From positions 1-64,000 of IMG/VR virus record IMGVR_UViG_3300029288_003134: a stretch of 64,000 bases of DNA; one strand, 5' to 3'. Each line of letters starts with the position of its first letter. Positions within the stretch are counted from its first letter, which is position 1. The notes under the pieces were generated by a model, which worked only from the letters and a program-made list of their open reading frames with translations, was not told the DNA's origin and ran no database searches. Below are positions 9,700 to 17,927 of the stretch, piece by piece. This DNA comes from a virus (Duplodnaviria; Caudoviricetes). The position numbers and the translations under genes were made by a program.

Positions 9700-10010
9700 T
9701 AGTAAAGCTCTTCTGGCATTTCAAAGTCGATTTCTTCCATGTAAACATGACAGCTGAATAGTTCACCCTTGGACATTACCTGAACCGTTGAAACAAAGTT
9801 AAAGTTATCTGGGAGATCATTAAAGCGTGGGTCATTGGCTGTGAAAATGAAAAAGCCTATGGGCTTATCCCTGGGCTCTTCATCGTCCACCTCTAAAAAA
9901 ATAGATAGTCCACCGGGGCCGCATCCTGCGGATAAAAATAGCGTAGATTCTCCAAACATTATCTCTTGAAAAACCTTCGGCTCTAAAGGGACTTCTTGAA
10001 TTATTCTCAT
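9699..10010 (-). CDS. hypothetical protein
   Basis: ORF coupled to the ligase start, GAGG RBS. Confidence 0.6.
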   Translation of the reverse strand: MRIIQEVPLEPKVFQEIMFGESTLFLSAGCGPGGLSIFLEVDDEEPRDKPIGFFIFTANDPRFNDLPDNFNFVSTVQVMSKGELFSCHVYMEEIDFEMPEELY

Positions 10011-10046
10011 TATACCTCATTCTTTCTGTGCTTATTAAATCTCTGC

Positions 10047-10496
10047 TCATTTGTAGAACTCCACGCCTTCGATCACAGCGGTTAAGTGTTTATGCCAAGG
10101 CTGTTTCTTTTCTCCCGGCATCCTAAAGAATACTGCGCCATCCGTAATATCCCGTAAATTGGGGAGGTCTGCCGCTAGATTTATTGAAACAGATCGGCAC
10201 TCCCTATCCATAAATATCTCTTCTTTATTTAGATTCGTGTAACCATAATATTGATTCTTCTTCGTCACTACTTCAAAGGCTGTTTCTTCGTTTAGTTTCA
10301 TACGATTCTGAATTGTATTGGCTACACCCAGCATGACATCTGGGCCCATTGAACATGCCTCAGCACAGATTACCTTAGCCACCTCCATTAAATGTGGCTT
10401 CTTATACAGATGGTTTTGCACAGAACAGACAGTAATAAATATGGATACCCATAAAACTACAAACCCTATAAAGCCTATTAGTGTCTGTCCACGCAT
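10047..10496 (-). CDS. SleB-like cell wall hydrolase with N-terminal transmembrane anchor
   Basis: VICAEA, GVANTIQNR, VVTKKNQY, DITDGAVFF, PW; start MRGQTL with AGGAG RBS. Confidence 0.85.
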   Translation of the reverse strand: MRGQTLIGFIGFVVLWVSIFITVCSVQNHLYKKPHLMEVAKVICAEACSMGPDVMLGVANTIQNRMKLNEETAFEVVTKKNQYYGYTNLNKEEIFMDRECRSVSINLAADLPNLRDITDGAVFFRMPGEKKQPWHKHLTAVIEGVEFYK

Positions 10497-10513
10497 TTTA
10501 ATTCTCCTAAAAT

Positions 10514-10586
10514 TGGTCGGGTCTGGATTACGCCAGTATCCACTCGTCCTCACCAGAGAGGCTGTGCGCTTTACACTATCGCCCGA
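10514..10586 (-). ncRNA. tRNA-like RNA ending in CCA
   Basis: TCGGG...CCCGA-CCA, TAGTGTAAAGCGCAC D-like arm, CCTC/GAGG arm, CTGG-CGTAAT-CCAG T-like arm. Confidence 0.45.
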
Positions 10587-10589
10587 AAT

Positions 10590-10820
10590 GTGGGGTGGTC
10601 AAGGTATCTCCCACCGTGTCCGATTGCACCAACCCCGGTCGCTCCATATTGGTTCGGCGTCCTAAGGTTCGGATTTGCCCCAATGGGCCGGGTACTGCGG
10701 CGTCTGTACTCACCTCGGCTGTGAGTCTGTGCGGTTTCTGTCCAACGTGACTATCCGAATGGTATGAGGTCTACCCAGTAAGTCAGAGGTTCTGCATTTG
10801 CCAGGTGCGCTTACTGGCCC
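10590..10820 (-). ncRNA. candidate multi-helix structured RNA
   Basis: GC-rich intergenic stretch with at least six nested helices (see findings). Confidence 0.5.
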
Positions 10821-10825
10821 TTATC

Positions 10826-11800
10826 TTAAAACTTTTTCGTAATACTGCCGCCATAACTTGAATCGTGAATACTCATTGAAATAACTTCACCTTTTTCATT
10901 CTTAATAACCGTGGTCTCACTGCCGTCTGGGACTAAGGTACTGATCTTTTTCTCCAGCTCCTCAATCCGGCGTTCTTCATAACTCTTTCCGAGCTTAATG
11001 GTCAAACGGCCCTGAAAAATATTATTATCATTATTCACATCACGTCCGGCCTGTAATGACCAAGTGGTGTGTTTTGTATCGAGAACTCGCAACTCTCCAA
11101 CGATCTCATAACGATCTTTAAGGCCCCTACCCTGCGGCCCGGTAAGCCCGGTATCACCTTTGGCCCCTTGATCTCCGTCCTTATAATCAACATTTTTTAC
11201 AGGTGTCTTTCCATCCGTACCCTTGGCACCTTGGGGCCCTACTGCACCGTCCGCGCCGTCATTACCAGCCTTACCGGGGTCTCCTTGATCGCCCTTTACA
11301 CCATCTAAGCCGTCTTTCCCGGCGGGCCCTGTATCACCCTTAGCCCCATCTGAACCATTTAAACCATCTCTGCCGTCTTGCCCATCGAGACCATTCAAAC
11401 CGTCCTTACCTGCGGCTCCGGTATCGCCGTTATCGCCTTTATCACCCTTTGCACCGTCAAGGCCGTCCCTACCATTAGCCCCAGTATCACCCTTTTCGCC
11501 TTTGTCACCCTTTAATTCTGGAACATCTTTGGGATTAACCCAAGTGCCTAAACTATTATTACCTTTCTCACCACAATAGGTAAAAATATCCCCGGCCTTT
11601 CCGTCATTTGTATCCTGAACATTGCTATCAAAAGTACAGCCCGGCTCCGTGCAGGCTCTAACCGGACTAACCTGGAAGATTAAAAGAAGAGCCAGGATTA
11701 CTGCCAAATAAACCAGTGGTGAGACCATACTCGGGATAATTCTGGCCGATAACGAAATACTCTGTCCAATAAACTGAATACCCTCAAAAAATTTCTTCAT
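10826..11800 (-). CDS. collagen-like protein with N-terminal signal/TM segment
   Basis: About 40 Gly-X-Y triplets; hydrophobic N-terminus ending VRA. Confidence 0.9.
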   Translation of the reverse strand: MKKFFEGIQFIGQSISLSARIIPSMVSPLVYLAVILALLLIFQVSPVRACTEPGCTFDSNVQDTNDGKAGDIFTYCGEKGNNSLGTWVNPKDVPELKGDKGEKGDTGANGRDGLDGAKGDKGDNGDTGAAGKDGLNGLDGQDGRDGLNGSDGAKGDTGPAGKDGLDGVKGDQGDPGKAGNDGADGAVGPQGAKGTDGKTPVKNVDYKDGDQGAKGDTGLTGPQGRGLKDRYEIVGELRVLDTKHTTWSLQAGRDVNNDNNIFQGRLTIKLGKSYEERRIEELEKKISTLVPDGSETTVIKNEKGEVISMSIHDSSYGGSITKKF

Positions 11801-11831
11801 GTTACACGCGCTCCTTTTGTTTTATTGATTT

Positions 11832-12116
11832 TTAATACTTGATTTTCCCATTAAGAAAGTCTGCGTATGTCCCTTTCTTGGGCTGTTGACCGTCTGCCAT
11901 TAACATGAGCCTACCACGAGATAACCAGACAGCTTTGGGCTGATTCTTCATAATCTTCTTGCGCCTATGAAAGGGCTTGTAACGAATAATAGAACAGCCC
12001 GTGCCCGCACAACCCAAACAAACTACTGCACCATCTGGGGCCTCGCACATGCCACGATATAAACCTGTTCCACCACAATCCGGGCATTCTGTCTTTATAA
12101 ACCTAAATTTTGCCAT
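11832..12116 (-). CDS. DnaJ-type zinc-finger protein
   Basis: CPDCGGTG and CLGCAGTG. Confidence 0.7.
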   Translation of the reverse strand: MAKFRFIKTECPDCGGTGLYRGMCEAPDGAVVCLGCAGTGCSIIRYKPFHRRKKIMKNQPKAVWLSRGRLMLMADGQQPKKGTYADFLNGKIKY

Positions 12117-12125
12117 AGCCCTCCT

Positions 12126-12407
12126 TTACACCAGAGCCAACATAGGCTGAAGGTGTTCTTCATGGACTTTATACACGCCAAGGTGAATCCGCTTCTGAAA
12201 ATGTTTATTAAAGATACTTTGAATAAATTCCCTGAACTGCGGCTCAACCATCCCGAGCGTAAAACCGTTTTGAAACACGTCCAAGATCACAAAACGATAT
12301 TCTTCCATGATCTCTTTCGGAATAAGCTTCAACTGTTCCACGTCAAAGTCATATTTTGAAATGTCCACGAAAGGCGTCCGATGAAAGAAAAATGTGAGTT
12401 CTTGCAT
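12126..12407 (-). CDS. stand-alone GspE/PilB N-terminal domain (T2SSE_N-like)
   Basis: PFVDISKYDFDVEQLKLIPKEIMEEYRFVILDVFQNGFTLGMVEP resembles the T2SSE_N pattern; no ATPase domain. Confidence 0.7.
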   Translation of the reverse strand: MQELTFFFHRTPFVDISKYDFDVEQLKLIPKEIMEEYRFVILDVFQNGFTLGMVEPQFREFIQSIFNKHFQKRIHLGVYKVHEEHLQPMLALV

Positions 12408-12435
12408 GTTCTCCCCCGTTACTGTTTGATTTGAA

Positions 12436-12570
12436 AGGATGCTGGTCTCTCCCAGCTGTCCCTGCGTAGTGTCACTACCACAAGGCGGATTTACGTGCAG
12501 GCTCGTGGTCTCTGTTGGTGGCTCCCTATATGTCCTTATGCCCTTACAAACATATAGGCCAACTTCACTA
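12436..12570 (-). ncRNA. candidate structured RNA
   Basis: CCTATATGT/ACATATAGG, GTTGG/CCAAC, CCTGC/GCAGG, GTAGT/ACTAC and GCTGG-GAGAGA-CCAGC helices. Confidence 0.45.
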
Positions 12571-12814
12571 TCTTTTAAACCTCTACTGTTACCCGGATGT
12601 TACAGTTAATGGGCAAACCGTCCGCCCGATCACTGCCATAGATGGGCTGAAGCCGAACATCCGTAACAACAGCACTTGTTTTGCTTTGAAAATTCATAAT
12701 AGCCCCGTGAATTGCTGAAGCTAATCTTTGCTTTTCTGCTTGAATTTCTTTGATCTCCATTTTGTTCTCGCCTTCTTTTGTGCATTCAGAAAGTTCAATA
12801 GGTCTTAGATAATC

Positions 12815-13024
12815 CTAAACCTTAATCCTCTGGGCATAGGCCGCACACAGCGCGTCTTTCGTGTAAGTCTTACTCACAAAAGTTTTTTCTCCAGCCTTTG
12901 CCAGCGTGAAGTCGGCCTTGTAAACATTCTTGCGGACAGATACTTGCCTGAGCTTAATGCTATCCTGGCCCTTACCTTCCACGGTTTTAATCATCTTTTT
13001 GATCTGATCTTTTGTTACACCCAC
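12815..13024 (-). CDS. hypothetical basic protein
   Basis: ORF with GGAGG RBS. Confidence 0.55.
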   Translation of the reverse strand: MGVTKDQIKKMIKTVEGKGQDSIKLRQVSVRKNVYKADFTLAKAGEKTFVSKTYTKDALCAAYAQRIKV

Positions 13025-13175
13025 TTTTGACCTCCGATAATTTTTGAATGATTACTGTGACTTCTCGAATGCCTGTGCCGATTAAAATTATTACTGCCCA
13101 ATATTGCCACGGTGAAACTGAGAATAAAATTATTATAAGCAATATTGCTAAGATCATCTCAAGCGTCTGGGTCAT
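12987..13175 (-). CDS. small membrane protein
   Basis: Two hydrophobic segments. Confidence 0.5.
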   Translation of the reverse strand: MTQTLEMILAILLIIILFSVSPWQYWAVIILIGTGIREVTVIIQKLSEVKSGCNKRSDQKDD

Positions 13176-13441
13176 TACGAAAAGTCTCCCTGTTCAAGGA
13201 TTACTTCGCAAATTTTCCCCTCCATGGCAGGCGTGCAGACAACAGCCTTTCCCTCTGCGTTTCTGACCTCTATGACCTCAACAAAATGATCTGTCCGCTC
13301 TTCCCCACGATTGCCGTCTGCATCATCCCCATAAATATAGGTTTCAATCTCGACCTTAACATCAGCCTCGAAAGATTCAAAACCATCATCAACAGGCATC
13401 TCAAAGCTTAGATCATTAACGTAATCCGTTCTTCTACTCAT
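13175..13441 (-). CDS. hypothetical acidic protein
   Basis: Asp/Glu-rich, YGDDADGNRGE motif, GGAGG RBS. Confidence 0.65.
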   Translation of the reverse strand: MSRRTDYVNDLSFEMPVDDGFESFEADVKVEIETYIYGDDADGNRGEERTDHFVEVIEVRNAEGKAVVCTPAMEGKICEVILEQGDFS

Positions 13442-13463
13442 GGCTCCTCCAAAGTAAAAATGC

Positions 13464-13515
13464 GCGGGCAGTTAGCCGGGAGGGTAGGCTCGGGGAAGCC
13501 TTACTAACTTGCCCG
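13464..13515 (-). ncRNA. hairpin RNA or terminator exposing CCCUCCCGG
   Basis: GCGGGCA(A)GTTAG/CTAACTGCCCGC stem, inner AGGCT/AGCCT hairpin, T-tract a few nt downstream. Confidence 0.45.
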
Positions 13516-13526
13516 CTGTTCTGCAA

Positions 13527-13748
13527 TTAGACTTTAAAGATTTTGAAACTCTTGCCCCGTTCAACTATTGCCACATCAAGAGTCTGCTCATGGTTATTTG
13601 CTGTGTCATACAGGTTTCTGAAAGCAGATTCGGAATATTCTCCCAAAGATATAATGATCTCCTGGCCTGTTTTCTTTACCTGCTCGATTACCGCTTCAAC
13701 TTGTTGATGGTCAGCTAAACTCATAAGGCCCTTTCGGTTGATCTCCAA
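13527..13748 (-). CDS. hypothetical protein
   Basis: ORF immediately after a promoter. Confidence 0.55.
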   Translation of the reverse strand: MEINRKGLMSLADHQQVEAVIEQVKKTGQEIIISLGEYSESAFRNLYDTANNHEQTLDVAIVERGKSFKIFKV

Positions 13749-13758
13749 ACGTGAAGCA

Positions 13759-13787
13759 AGTATACCACACTTTCAGCCTTTTGTCAA
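13759..13787 (-). promoter_or_regulatory. sigma70-type promoter
   Basis: TTGACA AAAGGCTGAAAGTGTGG TATACT. Confidence 0.85.
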
Positions 13788-13791
13788 GGGG

Positions 13792-14133
13792 CTACCCTAC
13801 CGAGACAACCCGAGATTTTGGAAAATTCGCCAGCACTTCAGTTAAAGGATGCTTTTCCCAATTACGGAAAGAAGTCGGCGCATCGAAGATATAACCATCA
13901 AGCACTTTAATTCTGGCCGTCTTAAACTTCGTGATAAGAAGGAAGTCATGGACAGGCCGCTTGATGAGGTTCTTGAGTAGGTACAGCTTAACCGTGCCGT
14001 CTTCCTTCTGCACCTTGGCCCCGGCATAGTGCCGCCACTTGCCCCAGCCTACGATTTTCCCGGAAGTCTTGGGATTAAAGCGGGAGCCTTCTTTGCTTGT
14101 AACCAAATCGTTTATTTTGAATTCTTCGGCCAT
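13792..14133 (-). CDS. hypothetical protein
   Basis: ORF within the operon. Confidence 0.55.
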   Translation of the reverse strand: MAEEFKINDLVTSKEGSRFNPKTSGKIVGWGKWRHYAGAKVQKEDGTVKLYLLKNLIKRPVHDFLLITKFKTARIKVLDGYIFDAPTSFRNWEKHPLTEVLANFPKSRVVSVG

Positions 14134-14480
14134 TTTACTTTTGCCTTTCTATTCTCGATTATCTGAACTAGTTTATATAAAAATTCCGCACCACCTACTA
14201 AGGAATCCAAGACAAAACTTGAAGAGTCCCGAGAATAAACTCTTCGGTAATTATCTAGCTTGCCGACTGTCCTTTGTTCCTTTGTTACCGCACGATATGG
14301 CACATTAAATATCTCGGCGGCCCTACGTGTATGCACATCAGACTGGTCTTCTCGGAAAAATATTCTACTCTTATAGCCATCCCATAAATCAATCAAGACT
14401 AATTTTGGAAAGAGTCTCCTTAACATTTTACCTAAACGGACTGTCTTTGACTTACGATCACCATGAAATATAATTTTCAT
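14112..14480 (-). CDS. small protein containing a family-A DNA polymerase fingers-like fragment
   Basis: DVHTRRAAEIFNVPYRAVTKEQRTVGKLDNYRRVYS resembles PolA motif B. Confidence 0.6.
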   Translation of the reverse strand: MKIIFHGDRKSKTVRLGKMLRRLFPKLVLIDLWDGYKSRIFFREDQSDVHTRRAAEIFNVPYRAVTKEQRTVGKLDNYRRVYSRDSSSFVLDSLVGGAEFLYKLVQIIENRKAKVKWPKNSK

Positions 14481-14636
14481 TTTATTATCGGCCTCCGCCG
14501 TCTGGTTTCAGCGGGACAGATACAGCCTTGCCCGGCTTATTAAATTTTCCCGGTTCGCTGGTCTGTCCCTTCGCGTTTGTTACTTCCGCATGGTTAAGCT
14601 CCTTATTAGTTCTGGTGCTTTCACCTTTGAGCCACA

Positions 14637-14665
14637 AGTATACCACACAACTCCGATTTTGTCAA
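14637..14665 (-). promoter_or_regulatory. sigma70-type promoter
   Basis: TTGACA AAATCGGAGTTGTGTGG TATACT. Confidence 0.85.
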
Positions 14666-14668
14666 GCC

Positions 14669-16318
14669 CTATTGTTGCGTAATACAGGGGATATAGTGCA
14701 TCCCAACTTTAAAATTGCGGTTGAAATAATGTTGCACAAATTCCGGCTCAATATCTGTCTCTGAAATAATATCTGCCGGGGTGTTAATCCATTTATTTAT
14801 TCTTGCCGCCTCAATGTTAAGAGCTTTAATGAAGTTCTGATTAAACTTAATATGCACCGTACCTTTCTTGTAAGCCCGGACTGACATAAAAAGTTTCTCG
14901 CCATCCCCTGAGTTCATATAAAAGTCATTTTCTTTTCCGGCATCCCAGGACATATCAAACGAGGATGATAGAACATCAAAACCAAGGTTCCGGCCAATCG
15001 TGCAAAGATCATTCAGAAAATTATTTACATCCTTATGCAAACCGTTAGGATATTCAAATCTTCCGTAATCACTGGAATTAAAGCAGTTATATCTAGTAAC
15101 AACAATCCGATAATCCAGCGTATAATGAGAATGCTTTGTATCTCGATAACGCCAAGATGATTGCAGGATTGCCTTGTTTGATTTATAATTATGGATATTT
15201 TCTTGCGCCGTCAACTCATGGAACATATCGCACAACTGGGAATCCATGTATTTGTTCGCATTCTTCACGGCCCACAGTATCACAGCATAGGCATTGTTCA
15301 CAGTAAAGTCAATATCTGTGTGTTCAAAAAGTTTGTCCAAAAGTTTCTTGCGACTGTCCGAAGTCAACAGATCAGTCAACTTGTCGAGGTTATCAAAAAG
15401 TTCTTTCCAATAGATAGCCTTCAGCCCTTTGATCTTGACTTTTAAACCCTCCTTGAGTCCTTTCAGATCAACATTAAGCTCTTTAAGAATATCCGCAGGA
15501 AGGCCCTCAACAACCCGATAGGTCTTGAGAAGTTCTTGCGTGGCGTTAATGTAAAGTTCGCTCAAGGTCTCCAGTAAATTCCGGCCTTTGACTAGGGCGT
15601 GCAGTTGTTCTTTCTTCGCGGCCTCGTCCTGATAATCAGAGGTCTTTTCCTTCTCAGCCTGAAACTTAAAGGTTTCCTCAAACCAAAGATCAAAAGGGTC
15701 TACCTCGCACATTTCCCTGGAGCTATGGTAACTTGAATCCGATAGGTTAATATGAACAATTTCAACCTTAGCCCGCGCCTCTCGAAACTCAGAATGCAGA
15801 AAATCGAAAGACCCAATTACTGAATACCTTGAGGTCTCCTTGCGCCTTTTCAGAGCCGCCAAAATTTCCGGCTGATCTTTCCAGCGTTCCGGGATTACTA
15901 AATAAATATGACTGGCGTTTGCCTCCTTGATGATTTTAATGACCCATTCTTTGAACTCCGAATAAGGCGGATTGCAAAAGATCACATCAACCCGCTTGTC
16001 AATCAAGGTCTGCTCCATAAAGTCAGTGCCGAGAATAAAAACATCTTCCGGCATTTCTTTTATGAGTATGGCAGATTTTTCAATCGCGTATTTTTTATAG
16101 ATATTGAACTTTCTCGGAGTGTCCGCATCTTCAGAGGCTTTTTGAATTTCTTCCGCGATCTTAAAGAAATGCCCATTACCCGCCCCAACGTCCAGCAGAT
16201 TAACGCCTGATTGATGCCGGGTAATATCTTGGCAGACTTTTTCGATGATCTCCCGAGTAGTCGGGTAAAACTCAAAGTCCTGGCCGTTCTGTTTCAAGTT
16301 TTCAATTAAAGCTTTCAA
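14669..16318 (-). CDS. DUF4942-type DNA amino-methyltransferase
   Basis: FEFYPT, LLDVGAGNG, IFCNPPYS, C-terminal AYKKGTVHIKF. Confidence 0.85.
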   Translation of the reverse strand: MKALIENLKQNGQDFEFYPTTREIIEKVCQDITRHQSGVNLLDVGAGNGHFFKIAEEIQKASEDADTPRKFNIYKKYAIEKSAILIKEMPEDVFILGTDFMEQTLIDKRVDVIFCNPPYSEFKEWVIKIIKEANASHIYLVIPERWKDQPEILAALKRRKETSRYSVIGSFDFLHSEFREARAKVEIVHINLSDSSYHSSREMCEVDPFDLWFEETFKFQAEKEKTSDYQDEAAKKEQLHALVKGRNLLETLSELYINATQELLKTYRVVEGLPADILKELNVDLKGLKEGLKVKIKGLKAIYWKELFDNLDKLTDLLTSDSRKKLLDKLFEHTDIDFTVNNAYAVILWAVKNANKYMDSQLCDMFHELTAQENIHNYKSNKAILQSSWRYRDTKHSHYTLDYRIVVTRYNCFNSSDYGRFEYPNGLHKDVNNFLNDLCTIGRNLGFDVLSSSFDMSWDAGKENDFYMNSGDGEKLFMSVRAYKKGTVHIKFNQNFIKALNIEAARINKWINTPADIISETDIEPEFVQHYFNRNFKVGMHYIPCITQQ

Positions 16319-16347
16319 GGCACCCTCCCGAGGTATTTTGTTATAAA

Positions 16348-16632
16348 TTATTGCCTTGCCCGCTGTTCAAAAACCCGTTCAAACTCACCCCATTTACTAA
16401 AAACTTCTGCATGGTGGCAATTCCTAGCCGGAAAATGTTTTTCCAGCCTGTCATTTATACGCTCCATCATTCGCAGAGTTTTACGGGTTTCCAACTCCAA
16501 ACGGATTCTATTTTGTAACATTAAATCCTGTGTACTGAAGCATTGAATACGGTTGATCGTACAATTAAGGGCCTTTAACTCATCCTTTAATTGTTCATCC
16601 GTTCTCTCGCTTAAATAATCTTTGACTAACAT
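16348..16632 (-). CDS. hypothetical protein
   Basis: ORF with GGGAGGG RBS. Confidence 0.6.
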   Translation of the reverse strand: MLVKDYLSERTDEQLKDELKALNCTINRIQCFSTQDLMLQNRIRLELETRKTLRMMERINDRLEKHFPARNCHHAEVFSKWGEFERVFEQRARQ

Positions 16633-16798
16633 AAACCCTCCCAGGTTTTATTACTGATTTGTTTTTAAAGTCCCGGCGCAAAATCCGGGCTGATCTGTAA
16701 GGCCGCCGCGATCTTGATTAAATACTGAAGACCAAAACCCAGCATGATAATGTAAAACGCCAACACACCGAAAAGAAAAATAAAGGTTTCTTTCATGG

Positions 16799-17170
16799 TT
16801 AATCTTCTCCCTCAAGCATAATTGTTATAACAGGTTCCGCCGAATCCCCTGGCCCGCACTTGGCCCACATCTTAACCGCCTTTGTTACTGTCCGCCCATT
16901 GGCCGCTTTACTGGCAAATAATGGAGCAAAACAAACGATCTGCCCGCCACTTCTGCGGATAGCCAACTTAAAAATTGTAAACATGTCCCAGGCGCGGCCT
17001 TGATAATCCTGTCCGGGTACTTCAAGATTATTTAAAACAGCCTGCACCCCGGCGGTTACTGCAACCGGGAATTTAATCCCGGCCTCTTTAGCCATTTCTG
17101 AAAGATCAACAAGCACCCCGTCCTCAATCGCCTGTTTTCTGGTATAGGCAAAAATCGTTTCCCCGAACAT
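16799..17170 (-). CDS. DUF6573-like protein of mobile elements
   Basis: YTRKQAIEDGVLVD...GPGDSAEPVITIML. Confidence 0.75.
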   Translation of the reverse strand: MFGETIFAYTRKQAIEDGVLVDLSEMAKEAGIKFPVAVTAGVQAVLNNLEVPGQDYQGRAWDMFTIFKLAIRRSGGQIVCFAPLFASKAANGRTVTKAVKMWAKCGPGDSAEPVITIMLEGED

Positions 17171-17181
17171 TCAAGCCCTCC

Positions 17182-17622
17182 TTACATGTGAATAAACAAA
17201 ATTATCGTCATAAGGAACACACCAAAGGCAAAAGCTGATGCAAGAATAAAAGCCAGAAGGCCCATGCCTGCACAAATTCCCAACACGAAACAGCTATAAA
17301 GCCAGAAAATCCCGCGAATAATCCAAAGGCAAACGTCCCAGATAAAACCCAGAAACAAAACTGAGTAATTTAATACTCGGCTGGTTACTGTGGATTTTTT
17401 ATTGCTGATGATCTCCGCTTCTTCCAGAGCTTCCCGGACAAATTGCGCCTGGCCGCTTGCAAGAAATAGAGCTTCTTTTTCTTTTCCGCTGTCGAATAAC
17501 TTTTTGAATTGCTCCACAAGGCGGGCACGCTCAAGCCTCAACAGTCTAATCTCTGCCTGGCTCGTATGCGCGGCCCCAAATACTAAGGCTTCTTCTGTGT
17601 TGTTAAATTTTGGAATTAGCAC
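17182..17622 (-). CDS. membrane protein
   Basis: Hydrophobic C-terminal half. Confidence 0.55.
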   Translation of the reverse strand: MLIPKFNNTEEALVFGAAHTSQAEIRLLRLERARLVEQFKKLFDSGKEKEALFLASGQAQFVREALEEAEIISNKKSTVTSRVLNYSVLFLGFIWDVCLWIIRGIFWLYSCFVLGICAGMGLLAFILASAFAFGVFLMTIILFIHM

Positions 17623-17646
17623 CGTTTAGCCTCCTGGAATGTTTCA

Positions 17647-17675
17647 AGTATACCATGCAAAACCGATTTTGTCAA
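17647..17675 (-). promoter_or_regulatory. sigma70-type promoter
   Basis: TTGACA AAATCGGTTTTGCATGG TATACT; spacer similar to the 14637 copy. Confidence 0.85.
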
Positions 17676-17927
17676 GGCCTCAACGTCCATGATTTTTGAA
17701 AACGTCCGCATATAAACCAGCGGCCCCTGCGCTCAGCTCCCCGCCCTGATTTTCCAGCCAGCTTTCCGCCGCCTGTTTTGTATCATGCCGGGAGAAACTC
17801 ATCAGCCAGCCATTTTCCCGAACTTCAGCGAGCCAACGATCTGAACAGTTAGCCCCACAGTTAGGCGGATAAACTTGTTTCTTTATCATATTTTGCCTTT
17901 CTTGTTAAGCTGGTGTTACTGATCTTT

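Noticed and set aside
10514-10820. tmRNA or RNase P RNA
   Set aside because: No 5' acceptor strand pairing with the CCA end across the full length, no evident tag ORF, and no GAGGAAAGUCC signature
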